NCBI GenBank assembly: GCA_965200315.1
Contig: OZ241362.1
Coordinates: 1,440,001 to 1,504,000 of the forward strand
Reading direction: 5' to 3'
DNA: 64,000 nt
DNA from: Candidatus Latescibacterota bacterium
GTDB taxonomy: Bacteria > Latescibacterota > UBA2968 > UBA8231
Under the pieces are notes generated by a model that worked only from the letters and a program-made list of their open reading frames with translations, was not told the origin of the DNA and ran no database searches. Below, piece by piece: positions 19,284-27,808 of the stretch. Position numbers and translations under genes: made by a program. Position 1 is the stretch's first letter, and each line of letters begins with the position of its first letter.

Positions 19284-19325
19284 GAATCTCTCCCAAGCGC
19301 GTCAACTTTTAGGAGCAAGGCTCTG

Positions 19326-20243
19326 ATGGCCGCCTTTGATAGTGTTTCCAAGTCGCTGCTCAGCACCTATCCGCAAGGCTTTTTAGAGTTTCTGCTGGGG
19401 TCTTCGGAGGTGCTGGTGCTGGATATGCTCAACACCGAACAACCTACCGTCGAGATGCAGGTGATGGACAGTCTGCTCCGCGTGCGGCACCAAGGCCGGG
19501 AAGCGTTAGTGCATTGCGAGTTTCAAACCACCGACAGCGCGGACGTGCCGATGCCGCGTCGCATGGCCGGCTATATGGGCCGCTGCATTGCCGAGCACGG
19601 CTTGCGCCTGTTGTCGCATGTGATCTACTTGCGCCCTGACGCGGGTCGCCGTGATCCGGGGCATTATATTCAAGAGGATGCCGGCTATGAGGTGGTGCTG
19701 CGCTACAAGGTGATCCGTTTGAGTACGCTGGATGGAGCGGCGTATTTGGCATCGGGCAATGTGGGGGTGTTGCCGTTTACGCCGCTGATGGGCCGCCCTG
19801 AAGGGATGGATGTAGCCGTTTGGTTGCGTCGGTGCGTGGAGACGACCGAAGAGTTGGCGGTCCCTCAGGCGGTCAAAGAAAGTGTGTTGGCGCACATGGG
19901 GGTATTGAGTTCGTTGGTGTGCGAGGAATCGACCATTTTTCCCCTCATAAAGGAGGAGATTATGAATCAGTTTCCGCTTCTAGAGTATTTTCGCAAACAG
20001 GGCATCGAACAGGGCATCGAACAGGGCATCGAACAGGGGTTGGAGCAAGGGCGTGAAGGGCTTCGGCAAAGTATCCAAGAAGCCTTGGCGATTCGGTTTG
20101 GTGGGGATTTGGCCAAGGTGTTGTCGGGTCGCTTGGCCGGCGTCGAAGAGATGGAGCAACTCCAAGCCTTGCTACGCGCCGCCCTACAGGTGTCTGACCT
20201 AGGCGAGTTCACGCGCTTGGTCGAAGAGATAACCGCCGAGTGA
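19326..20243 (+). CDS. Rpn/YhgA-like PD-(D/E)XK nuclease (putative transposase)
   Basis: FDSVSKSLL..MDSLLRV..VHCEFQT..MPRRMAGY..HVIYL; C-terminal (Q/E)GIEQ repeats and ALAIRFG helical tail. Confidence 0.85.
   Translation: MAAFDSVSKSLLSTYPQGFLEFLLGSSEVLVLDMLNTEQPTVEMQVMDSLLRVRHQGREALVHCEFQTTDSADVPMPRRMAGYMGRCIAEHGLRLLSHVIYLRPDAGRRDPGHYIQEDAGYEVVLRYKVIRLSTLDGAAYLASGNVGVLPFTPLMGRPEGMDVAVWLRRCVETTEELAVPQAVKESVLAHMGVLSSLVCEESTIFPLIKEEIMNQFPLLEYFRKQGIEQGIEQGIEQGLEQGREGLRQSIQEALAIRFGGDLAKVLSGRLAGVEEMEQLQALLRAALQVSDLGEFTRLVEEITAE
19962..20243 (+). CDS. Putative internally initiated small Rpn C-terminal protein (RpnS-like antitoxin)
   Basis: In-frame ATG 19962 preceded by AAAGGAGGAG (19949-19958), just before the GIEQ repeats. 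Confidence 0.55.
   Translation: MNQFPLLEYFRKQGIEQGIEQGIEQGLEQGREGLRQSIQEALAIRFGGDLAKVLSGRLAGVEEMEQLQALLRAALQVSDLGEFTRLVEEITAE
19998..20057 (+). repeat. 12-bp coding tandem repeat (QGIE)n
   Basis: CAGGGCATCGAA x3 perfect plus two degenerate units. Confidence 0.9.
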
Positions 20244-20247
20244 AGGT

Positions 20248-20328
20248 CTGCTCTTTTTGCCGGGGCTGAGCGTCGTCTTCAGCCGGGTGTTTGTCCGCAG
20301 GGAGAGGAAAAGCAGCCATGCGCATTAA
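20248..20328 (+). repeat. Right copy of the 81-bp repeat (relic 3' end of permease 1, coupled to the permease 2 start)
   Basis: Translates LLFLPGLSVVFSRVFVRRERKSSHAH* versus LLFLLALSIVFIRVLFREERKGRDGQ* in the live gene. Confidence 0.75.
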
Positions 20329-21157
20329 AACCCAAGAAAAGGTCCGCGCCTATCTCGCCTACAGCTTGGGCACAGTCTTTGTGCTCGCGCTGGTGCTGCC
20401 GCTGATATGGGTGGTGACCACGTCCATGCGCCCCCTGTCCGAGATGACCCGCACCCCACCACTGGTCTTCCCTCGCTCCCTCACCTTCCAAGCGTACATC
20501 GAGCTGTGGGACACGGGGCCGTTTGTAAAGTACTTTGCCAACAGCATGGTGATTTCCCTTTCGACGGCCCTGATCGCCCTCGCGTTTAGCGTCTGTGCAG
20601 CGTATGCCTTTGCCCGCTTTCGCTTTCGCGGCAACACCTTGTTGCTGATGGTGGTGGTGATGTCGCAAATGCTGCCGGGCTCTTCGATCCTCATCCCGCT
20701 CTTTCAGGTGATTCGCTCGCTCGGCTTGCTCGACACGCACACGGGCATGGTGCTGATCTACACGGGCTTTGCCATCCCGTTTTGCACTTGGCTGCTCAAC
20801 GGCTATTTCCGCGCCATCCCCACCGATCTAGAGCAAGCCGCGCTCATCGACGGCTGCAACCGCCTCCAGCTACTCTACCGAATCGTCTTGCCGCTGGCTG
20901 CACCGGCGATCGTGGCGGTGGGGACCTTTGCGTTTTTGCTTTCGTGGAATGAGTTCTTATTCGCTTTTGTGTTCACCAAATCGCAGGCCCTAACCATTCC
21001 GGTGGGGCTGCGCGCCGCGTTTTTGGGGCAATACGTCAACAAATACGATCAGCTATTCGCCGCATCGCTGATCTTTAGCCTGCCGCCGATCGCGCTCTTT
21101 GTCGGATTGCAGCGGTACTTTGTCCAAGGATTGACGGCTGGAGCAGTCAAGGGATGA
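20318..21157 (+). CDS. Sugar ABC transporter permease (MalG/UgpE-type)
   Basis: IPTDLEQAALIDGC, SWNEFLFA, QRYFVQGLTAGAVKG; ATG 20318 with GGAGAGG RBS. Confidence 0.9.
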   Translation: MRIKTQEKVRAYLAYSLGTVFVLALVLPLIWVVTTSMRPLSEMTRTPPLVFPRSLTFQAYIELWDTGPFVKYFANSMVISLSTALIALAFSVCAAYAFARFRFRGNTLLLMVVVMSQMLPGSSILIPLFQVIRSLGLLDTHTGMVLIYTGFAIPFCTWLLNGYFRAIPTDLEQAALIDGCNRLQLLYRIVLPLAAPAIVAVGTFAFLLSWNEFLFAFVFTKSQALTIPVGLRAAFLGQYVNKYDQLFAASLIFSLPPIALFVGLQRYFVQGLTAGAVKG

Positions 21158-21174
21158 CGGCAGTGGCCCCCGCG

Positions 21175-21399
21175 ATGCGTTTTTTCAATAAGAGCGGTCC
21201 AGTGGTGGCCGAGTATCACTACTGCATCCCGCCTTTGGAGCGACTAAACCTCGCCGAGGTGCGTCGGTTCATCCGCGACAAACGCTACTTCGCCCTCCGC
21301 ACGCCGCGTCAGACGGGCAAAACTTCGACCCTGTTGGCACTACGCGACCAGCTCAACGCCGAAGGGGCCTATCGCTGCGCGTCCGTCAACTTAGAAGCC
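21175..21399 (+). pseudogene. N-terminal fragment of an AAA-family ATPase (AAA_35-like)
   Basis: MRFFNKSGPV..HYCIPPLERL..YFALRTPRQTGKTS (Walker A variant)..VNLEA; similarity ends at about 21399. Confidence 0.75.
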
Positions 21400-21469
21400 G
21401 TCTGCAAACTATATTTTTTTCATTTGATGCGTTTGTTTAGTGGAGACACTATAATTCGTGGTAATAAAA

Positions 21470-21687
21470 TGTTGGCAACGATAGTAAATACATACATGTA
21501 TCTGTATCGTACCGAAGGAACCGAAGCTCAACGTAGTGACAGCGGCAGTCCTGTATACACCAAACCAAGCACAAGCGGCAACACGAAAATTGTCGATGTG
21601 GTTGTTGCAACCAGCACCAACGCAGCTCTGTTTTCTTTGTGGGAAAATGTCACAAAGACACTTAATTTAAAACCGATCTCTCCATAG
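21470..21687 (+). pseudogene. Low-GC fragment resembling the C-terminus of a chymotrypsin-like (S1) protease
   Basis: SDSGSPVY (compare GDSGSP) followed by KIVDVVV..ALFSLWENVTKTLNL; AT-rich relative to flanks. Confidence 0.35.
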
Positions 21688-22078
21688 ATCGTCCAAGAAG
21701 TCGATGGGCAGGGCCTCAAGGAAAAAGCGTTCAAGGTGGCACAGGACGCGCTGACGGCCAACCCGCAGATCAACGCGCTCTACGGCATCAACGACGACTC
21801 GACAACCGGCGGCATGGCAGCCTACAAGGCGGCCGGGCTAGACGAAGCGGCAACATCCAAGCGGCGCCGCTCGCGGGCTTAGCCGTTGATCGCACGCGCA
21901 TCTTGGTCTTTGTGCTCGGTGGGGAGCTAGCAGCGCTGAGTGCCTTTATCTTGGCCTCGCGCCTCAACTCCGGTGCCGGCTTGGGGTTTGAGTTGCAGGT
22001 GATCGCCGCGGCGATCTTGGGCAGCATCAGCCTGACCGGCGGCGTGGGCACGCTCGGCGGTGCTTTCATCGGCATCCG
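21686..22078 (+). repeat. Chimeric duplicate of internal pieces of the two downstream ABC genes
   Basis: 21686-21845 matches 22662-22821; 21847-22078 matches about 23681-23920 with a 9-nt deletion and scattered substitutions. Confidence 0.9.
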
Positions 22079-22126
22079 TGACAATCGATATTTGGAGAAT
22101 GTAACGTTAGAAAGGGAACGCAACTT

Positions 22127-23107
22127 ATGAAAAAAGCATGGCTGTTATGTCTGCTGCTGATCGCCTGCGGACCGCCGGACGACGCACCCGATACCCTCAA
22201 GATCGGCTACGTGATCAACTTCATGTCGCACGAGTGGTATCAAAACATCAGCAAGTCGGCGACAACGCGAGCAGCCGAGTTGGAGGTCGAGCTGATCGTC
22301 GCCGACGCCAACCTCGACGTGGCCGCGCAAATCTCCAAGGCCGAAAACCTGCTCGCTCAAGGGGTCGAGGTGCTGATCCTATCGCCGGTGGACGCCAAGG
22401 CAATGGGGCCGATAGTGCGGCAGGCCAAAGCAGCAGGAGTACACGTGATTACCGAATCCAACCCCGTGTCCGCGGCCGCCAGCTACGTGGGAATCGACAA
22501 CTACGCCGGTGGGGTCAAGGCCGGTGAGTGGTTTGCCAGCTACTCTGTAGAAAAGGGTCTCGACCCCAAAATCCTCATCATCGGCTTCCCCAACTTCGAG
22601 GACTGCCGACAGCGAGTCGATGGCTTCAAGGACGCGCTCGCCGCCGCGGGCCTGACCTACGAGATCGTCCAAGAAGTCGATGGGCAGGGCCTCAAGGAAA
22701 AGGCGTTCAAGGTGGCGCAGGACGCGCTGACGGCCAACCCGCAGATCAACGCGCTCTACGGCATCAACGACGACTCGACGACCGGCGGCATGGCAGCCTA
22801 CAAGGCGGCCGGGCTAGACGAGGCAGCCCTGACCGCAATCGGCTTCGGCTTCGAGGGCACCGTGGGACAGACGGCCCTCACCAGCGATACTCCCTACTCA
22901 GCAGCGCTGGCGATGTTCCCGAATTTCGTCGGCAGTGCGCTCATCGATGCCGCGGTGCAACTAGCGAGCGGCGAGCAGCTACCCGACCACTACGAGACGC
23001 CGACCATCGTCGTCACCCGCGACAATCTCAGCCGCTTCTACGACATGAGCACCGAGCCGCCCTTCGCCCTCAAGGTGGATGCGGTGCGGGCCTTGATGCC
23101 GCAATGA
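22127..23107 (+). CDS. Monosaccharide ABC transporter substrate-binding lipoprotein (RbsB-like)
   Basis: Lipobox LIA-C; Peripla_BP_4-like motifs YVGIDNYAGG, QRVDGF, YGINDD. Confidence 0.88.
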   Translation: MKKAWLLCLLLIACGPPDDAPDTLKIGYVINFMSHEWYQNISKSATTRAAELEVELIVADANLDVAAQISKAENLLAQGVEVLILSPVDAKAMGPIVRQAKAAGVHVITESNPVSAAASYVGIDNYAGGVKAGEWFASYSVEKGLDPKILIIGFPNFEDCRQRVDGFKDALAAAGLTYEIVQEVDGQGLKEKAFKVAQDALTANPQINALYGINDDSTTGGMAAYKAAGLDEAALTAIGFGFEGTVGQTALTSDTPYSAALAMFPNFVGSALIDAAVQLASGEQLPDHYETPTIVVTRDNLSRFYDMSTEPPFALKVDAVRALMPQ

Positions 23108-24075
23108 GCCGTTTGCTGTCGCGGCTGCTCCACAGCGAGCAGGCCGGGCTGTTGCTGGCACTGGTCTTGCTCTGCGTGGGAATTTCCCTGCTAACGCCGG
23201 TCTTCTTTACAGCCGTCAATATCAAGAACGTGCTGCGCGACGCCTCGTTGGTAGCCGTCGCCGGGATCGGCATGGTGATGATCATCCTGCTCGGCGAAAT
23301 CGACCTGAGCGTCGGCTCGACCCAAGCCGTGGCTGGAATCATCGCCGTGGCCGTGCTCAACCAGTTCGAGAGCGTGGGGCTGGCACTGGTCGCCGCACTC
23401 GCGGCCGGGGCGCTCGTCGGCCTGTGCAACGGCCTGTTGGTCACCAAAGCCGGCATCAACTCCCTGATCGCAACCTTGGGCATGATGGCGATTTTGCGCG
23501 GCGCAGCCATGGTCAGCACCCAAGCGGTGTCGATCCAAGGCAAAGTAGAAGGCTTCATCGAAGTGGGAACCGGGCACTTGGGGCCGCTCCCAATCCCCGT
23601 ACTGATGACCTTTGTCCTCTTGGGGCTGTTTTACTACGTCCTCCACCACACCATCCTCGGCCGCTATATCTACGCCATTGGCGGCAACATCCGAGCGGCG
23701 CGGCTCGCGGGCTTAGCCGTTGATCGCACGCGCATCTTGGTCTTTGTGCTCGGTGGGGTGCTAGCAGCACTGAGCGCCTTTATCTTGGCCTCGCGTCTCA
23801 ACTCCGGGCAGCCAAATGCCGGCTTGGGGTTTGAGTTGCAGGTGATCGCCGCGGTGATCTTGGGCGGCATCAGCCTGACCGGCGGCGTGGGCACGCTCGG
23901 CGGTGCTTTCATCGGTATCCTGATTCTGACGGTGCTCTCCAACGGCTTAGTGCTGTTGAACGTGTCGTCCTTCTACCACGACATTGCGCGCGGCGCGGTA
24001 ATTATCCTCGCCGTATATCTGGACACCCGACGCAAGCAAAGCCTCCTGCGGCGGCTGCTCGCCCCCCCAACATGA
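23104..24075 (+). CDS. Monosaccharide ABC transporter permease (RbsC-like)
   Basis: IDLSVGS, IATLG, GRYIYAIGGN..AARLAG, ELQVIAAVILGGISLTGGVG; ATGA overlap start at 23104. Confidence 0.9.
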   Translation: MSRLLSRLLHSEQAGLLLALVLLCVGISLLTPVFFTAVNIKNVLRDASLVAVAGIGMVMIILLGEIDLSVGSTQAVAGIIAVAVLNQFESVGLALVAALAAGALVGLCNGLLVTKAGINSLIATLGMMAILRGAAMVSTQAVSIQGKVEGFIEVGTGHLGPLPIPVLMTFVLLGLFYYVLHHTILGRYIYAIGGNIRAARLAGLAVDRTRILVFVLGGVLAALSAFILASRLNSGQPNAGLGFELQVIAAVILGGISLTGGVGTLGGAFIGILILTVLSNGLVLLNVSSFYHDIARGAVIILAVYLDTRRKQSLLRRLLAPPT

Positions 24076-25562
24076 CGCGGCTGCTCTCTCTAGAGGACAT
24101 TCACAAGCGTTTCCCCGGCGTCTATGCGCTCAAGGGCGTCGACTTTGCAGTGCGGCCGGGAGAAGTCCACGCGCTGGTTGGCGAAAACGGCGCGGGCAAG
24201 AGCACCCTGATCAAAATTGCGGCTGGCGTGTACCACCGCGACCAAGGCCGCTACCAGATCGCGGGACGTCCCGTAGATATCCGCCATCCGCGCCAAGCCC
24301 TAGACCACGGCCTAGCGGTCGTTTACCAAGAGCTAGAACTGGTGCCTTCGCTGTCGGTGGCTGAGAATTTGTTTTTCGGTCGCCTGCCGCACGGGCGCGG
24401 TGGGCGCGTTCAGTGGAACGCGCTCTACGCCGCTTCTACGATGCTATTGGACGAAGTCGGGCTAGCGGTCGATCCGCAGACCAAGGTCGGCCATCTCGGC
24501 GTGGCCGCGCAGCAATTGGTCGAGATCGCACGAGCGCTGGCGTGCGACGCCCAAATAATCGTCATGGACGAGCCGACCTCGGCCCTGAGTACGCGCGAGA
24601 TCAACAAGCTCTTTGCGCTCATTGCCCGGCTCAAGGCGCGAGGCGTCGGCGTGGTCTATGTATCTCACAAGCTCGCCGAGGTCATGGCACTGGCCGACCG
24701 GGTGACCGTCTTGCGCGACGGCGAGCGCGTCGCCTGCGAACAGGCTGCCCATCTCGACGAGGAGCAGCTTATCGCCCTGATGGTCGGGCGGGCGTTAGGG
24801 CAGGGTTTTCCCGCGGCCGATCGCACACCGGGGCCGGATGCTCTAAAGGTGGAGGGGCTGACCACGGACCGGGTGCAGGATGTTTCCTTCCGGGTGTGCG
24901 CTGGGGAGATCGTCGGGTTTTCCGGGCTGATGGGGGCGGGGCGGACCGAACTAGCAAGAGCCGTGATGGGTGCGGATCGCCGCCGCGCTGGAACCATTAC
25001 TATCGGCGGGGTCGCCGTGCCGGAGAACGCACCGCCACAGGCGCGCACGCTCGGGTTGGGACTAGTGCCGGAGGATCGCCGGGCCGATGGGCTGTTCGCC
25101 CAGCAGAGCGTACGCGCAAACGCGAGCGTCGCGGCCTTAGAGCAGTTCTGCCGCGCCGGTCACGTGCAAGTAGGTATGGAACGCCATCAAGTCGGCGCGT
25201 TAATCACACGCCTGCGTCTGCGTCCCCCCGACCAAGAGCAGACCATCGCACGGCTCAGCGGCGGCAATCAGCAAAAGGCACTGCTGGCCCGCTGGCTGCT
25301 CAAGGAAAACTTGCGGGTGCTGCTCGTCGATGAGCCGACCCGGGGCATCGATGTCGGCGCCAAGGCCGAGATTTATCAACTGCTCGACGAGCTGGCGCGC
25401 CAAGGGCTGGCAATCGTGGTACTCTCCTCGGAAATGCCTGAAATTTTGGGGCTGTGCGACCGGGTGTACGTGATGCGCACCGGGAGGATCGCCGCCGAGT
25501 ACACACGCGCCGAGGCCACGCCGGAAAAACTCTTGGCCAGCGCCCTGCCCAGTACTAGCTAA
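24072..25562 (+). CDS. Monosaccharide ABC transporter ATP-binding protein (RbsA-like, two NBDs)
   Basis: GENGAGKST, MDEPTSAL, LSGGNQQK, DEPTRGIDVGAK. Confidence 0.93.
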   Translation: MTRLLSLEDIHKRFPGVYALKGVDFAVRPGEVHALVGENGAGKSTLIKIAAGVYHRDQGRYQIAGRPVDIRHPRQALDHGLAVVYQELELVPSLSVAENLFFGRLPHGRGGRVQWNALYAASTMLLDEVGLAVDPQTKVGHLGVAAQQLVEIARALACDAQIIVMDEPTSALSTREINKLFALIARLKARGVGVVYVSHKLAEVMALADRVTVLRDGERVACEQAAHLDEEQLIALMVGRALGQGFPAADRTPGPDALKVEGLTTDRVQDVSFRVCAGEIVGFSGLMGAGRTELARAVMGADRRRAGTITIGGVAVPENAPPQARTLGLGLVPEDRRADGLFAQQSVRANASVAALEQFCRAGHVQVGMERHQVGALITRLRLRPPDQEQTIARLSGGNQQKALLARWLLKENLRVLLVDEPTRGIDVGAKAEIYQLLDELARQGLAIVVLSSEMPEILGLCDRVYVMRTGRIAAEYTRAEATPEKLLASALPSTS

Positions 25563-25620
25563 GAAGCGGTCTGAAACCCCGATTGGGGCACTTTGCGGAC
25601 GATTGCATCCAGCGGTTTTC

Positions 25621-25637
25621 GAGGGCGAGACGCCCTC
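25621..25637. repeat. REP palindrome GAGGGCG-AGA-CGCCCTC
   Basis: Same GGGCGAGACGCCC core at about 2037, 31021 and (reverse) 35995. Confidence 0.65.
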
Positions 25638-25796
25638 GATCCGAGCACCAGCTAAAAAGCCATCCCAACACCCCGGAGGCAGTGAACAGTGCCGAGCGAT
25701 GCGTCCCCGTACCGCAGAACCGAGGGGGATTGGGCCTCCTGCGCTCCGCAAGCGGGAATCCAGTTTGTAATCACTAACCCATCAAGGAGGTGCAAC

Positions 25797-26825
25797 GTGA
25801 AAATCCTCATCACCGGCGGCACCGGCCGCGTTGGAGCCAATTTGGCCAAAGCCTTGCTCGACAAAGGGCACGACATCCGCAGCTTTGTCTATCCCGGCGA
25901 CCCAAGCCGCGCCCACAAGCTCGACGGCTTTGACCACGTCGAAACCATCGAAGGCGATTTGCGCCATCTCGCCGACGTGCGCCGCGCCATTGAGGGAGTC
26001 GATGCGGTGTACCACATTGCCGCGGCCTTTGGCGGCCCCTTCGACAACCGCGAATACCTTGAAATCAACGGCATGGGAACTATCAACGTGCTGGAGTCGA
26101 TTCGCGAGCTGACGCCCAATCTGCACCGCTTGGTCTATGCCTCTACCGAGGCGATTTACTGGGAAAATCCCTACAAAGGCCGCTGCTTTGAAGAGCCAAT
26201 TCGCGAAGACCAAGTCGCCCGCTACCAGACGATGCCCTACTTCCTGACCAAGTGGATCGGCGAGGAACTAGTGATGAGCTATCACTTGCAGTTCGGGCTG
26301 CCGTCGGTGACTACGCGCTTTGCTACGATTATTGAACCGGGAGAATTCCTCGACGCAAACGGCTTGCCGCATCTGTTTTTGTTCGGGCCGGTTTACGAGC
26401 AGTTCAAGGACCGAGAGGGGGCCGAGGAGCTCAAGGCACTGTGGACGGGCGAGGAGCAACTCTTGCTATCGCGGAATCCAGACGGACGGCCTTTTCGGCA
26501 GGTGTATGCCGATGTGCGCGACATCGTCCAAGGGCTGGTATTGGCGCTAGAGCGGGACGAGGCCGTGGGCGAGGTGTTCAATCTGGGTGGGGCCGCGCTG
26601 TTCGATTGGAGCGAGGCCGTGCCCTATCTCGCCGAGCGCTTCGGCTTGGGCTACGCCGATGCGCGGCGACCGGATTGGAACTACTTTGAGCTGGATTTGA
26701 CGAACATCAAGGCAAAGTTGGGGTTTGCACCCAAGCACGACTTGACAAGCATCCTCGACGCGGCTGAGGCCATGCGGCGCGGGGAGGACGTGGGGATTAT
26801 CCCGACGGGCGTGCGCTTTGGCTAG
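25797..26825 (+). CDS. NAD-dependent epimerase/dehydratase
   Basis: ILITGGTGRVG, YHIAA, YFLTK; GTG start 25797 after AAGGAGG. Confidence 0.88.
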   Translation: MKILITGGTGRVGANLAKALLDKGHDIRSFVYPGDPSRAHKLDGFDHVETIEGDLRHLADVRRAIEGVDAVYHIAAAFGGPFDNREYLEINGMGTINVLESIRELTPNLHRLVYASTEAIYWENPYKGRCFEEPIREDQVARYQTMPYFLTKWIGEELVMSYHLQFGLPSVTTRFATIIEPGEFLDANGLPHLFLFGPVYEQFKDREGAEELKALWTGEEQLLLSRNPDGRPFRQVYADVRDIVQGLVLALERDEAVGEVFNLGGAALFDWSEAVPYLAERFGLGYADARRPDWNYFELDLTNIKAKLGFAPKHDLTSILDAAEAMRRGEDVGIIPTGVRFG

Positions 26826-27808
26826 CGTAGTGGAGATAAGAGGTAGAGCCGTTCCTGAAGAATCAGTATGTCTTTCTGGCAATAACTTTGTTGATTCTGA
26901 CGACTTTCTCGAACAACCAGACAATTATTTTATTTGTATTTTCAGAAATTTTTCGTACCCTCATCCTGCTTTCCGAGGATATTCTCAAGCGCTAACTCCT
27001 ATATATCCATTTTCCGCAATAATAAAATTTCTTATATCTCGGATATATCTACCTAAGACTTGTATTCAGCAAGTGACAACAGATGATATTTTTGCTTACT
27101 TGATAGGCAATCAAGTGACAGGAGTCGAAGACTTAGATTTCTATAGCCGCTTAAATAGCAAACAATATAGACCTCTAGGCGACGAAAAAAGACAGCTTCG
27201 AGAAATGATGATTTTCGCATCTCAAGCAAGTTTTTTAAAATGGTTTAACAATAGTCTAGTTTTAGATATTTCTCGCACAGACTCAGATGTTCTCTCTGAC
27301 TTGATAAAATCTATTCAACCTAATGTTAGGCAGAAATTATCTGATCCAGTCCAAGAATTTTTCCAAATGTCTTCCACTGATGAAGATGCCATACAAGTCC
27401 CAAGAATTGCTGAAAGAGAATCGCCAGTAGAGATCGTATTTACTGAAGGGAGAAAAAGGCGTACAACGCATTTACGAGCGGAGCGGAGTCCAGCTCTACG
27501 GCAAGCTCTCTTTTCCATCTTGCAAACCCCGTACCATTGCGATATGTGTGAACTCATTCCCAAATTGAAATATGCTTGGGTTGATAATATACTAGAGGTG
27601 CATCATCTTTTACCTCTCTCGTCAACAGTAAATATAGAATCTGAGGGAACTTCACTTCGAGATATCGTTCCCATTTGTCCAAACTGTCACAAAAGCGTTC
27701 ACGTATATTATCGGAATTGGTTGAGCAGAAAACTCCGTTGAAGATTTTCCAGACAAAGATACCGCTATTTCTGTGTACAATGAAGCAAAGTCAGGTGTTG
27801 TAAGATGA
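26818..27808 (+). pseudogene. HNH endonuclease (probable restriction enzyme), C-terminal frameshift and doubtful N-terminus
   Basis: Low GC; CDMC..LEVHHLLPL..ICPNCHKSVH; stop at 27739-27741 but the +1 frame continues VEDFPDKDTAISVYNEAKSGVVR* to an ATGA overlap with the MTase. Confidence 0.75.

Noticed and set aside
19998-20057. Short direct repeats as a CRISPR array
   Set aside because: 12-bp coding tandem repeats with no spacers; no cas genes in the window
21154-21687. 177-aa ORF as a single real protein
   Set aside because: Chance read-through joining an AAA ATPase fragment to unrelated low-GC DNA
21686-22078. DGR template/variable repeat pair (the first four mismatches are all A in the copy)
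   Set aside because: Those changes are synonymous G>A; the second segment has non-A mismatches and a deletion; no reverse transcriptase in the window
22528-23103. Long N-terminal extension of the RbsC-like ORF
   Set aside because: Out-of-frame overlap with the SBP gene; real start is the ATGA-coupled ATG 23104
27739-27741. TGA in the HNH gene as selenocysteine
   Set aside because: Not at a redox motif, no SECIS-like hairpin, and the plausible continuation is in another frame
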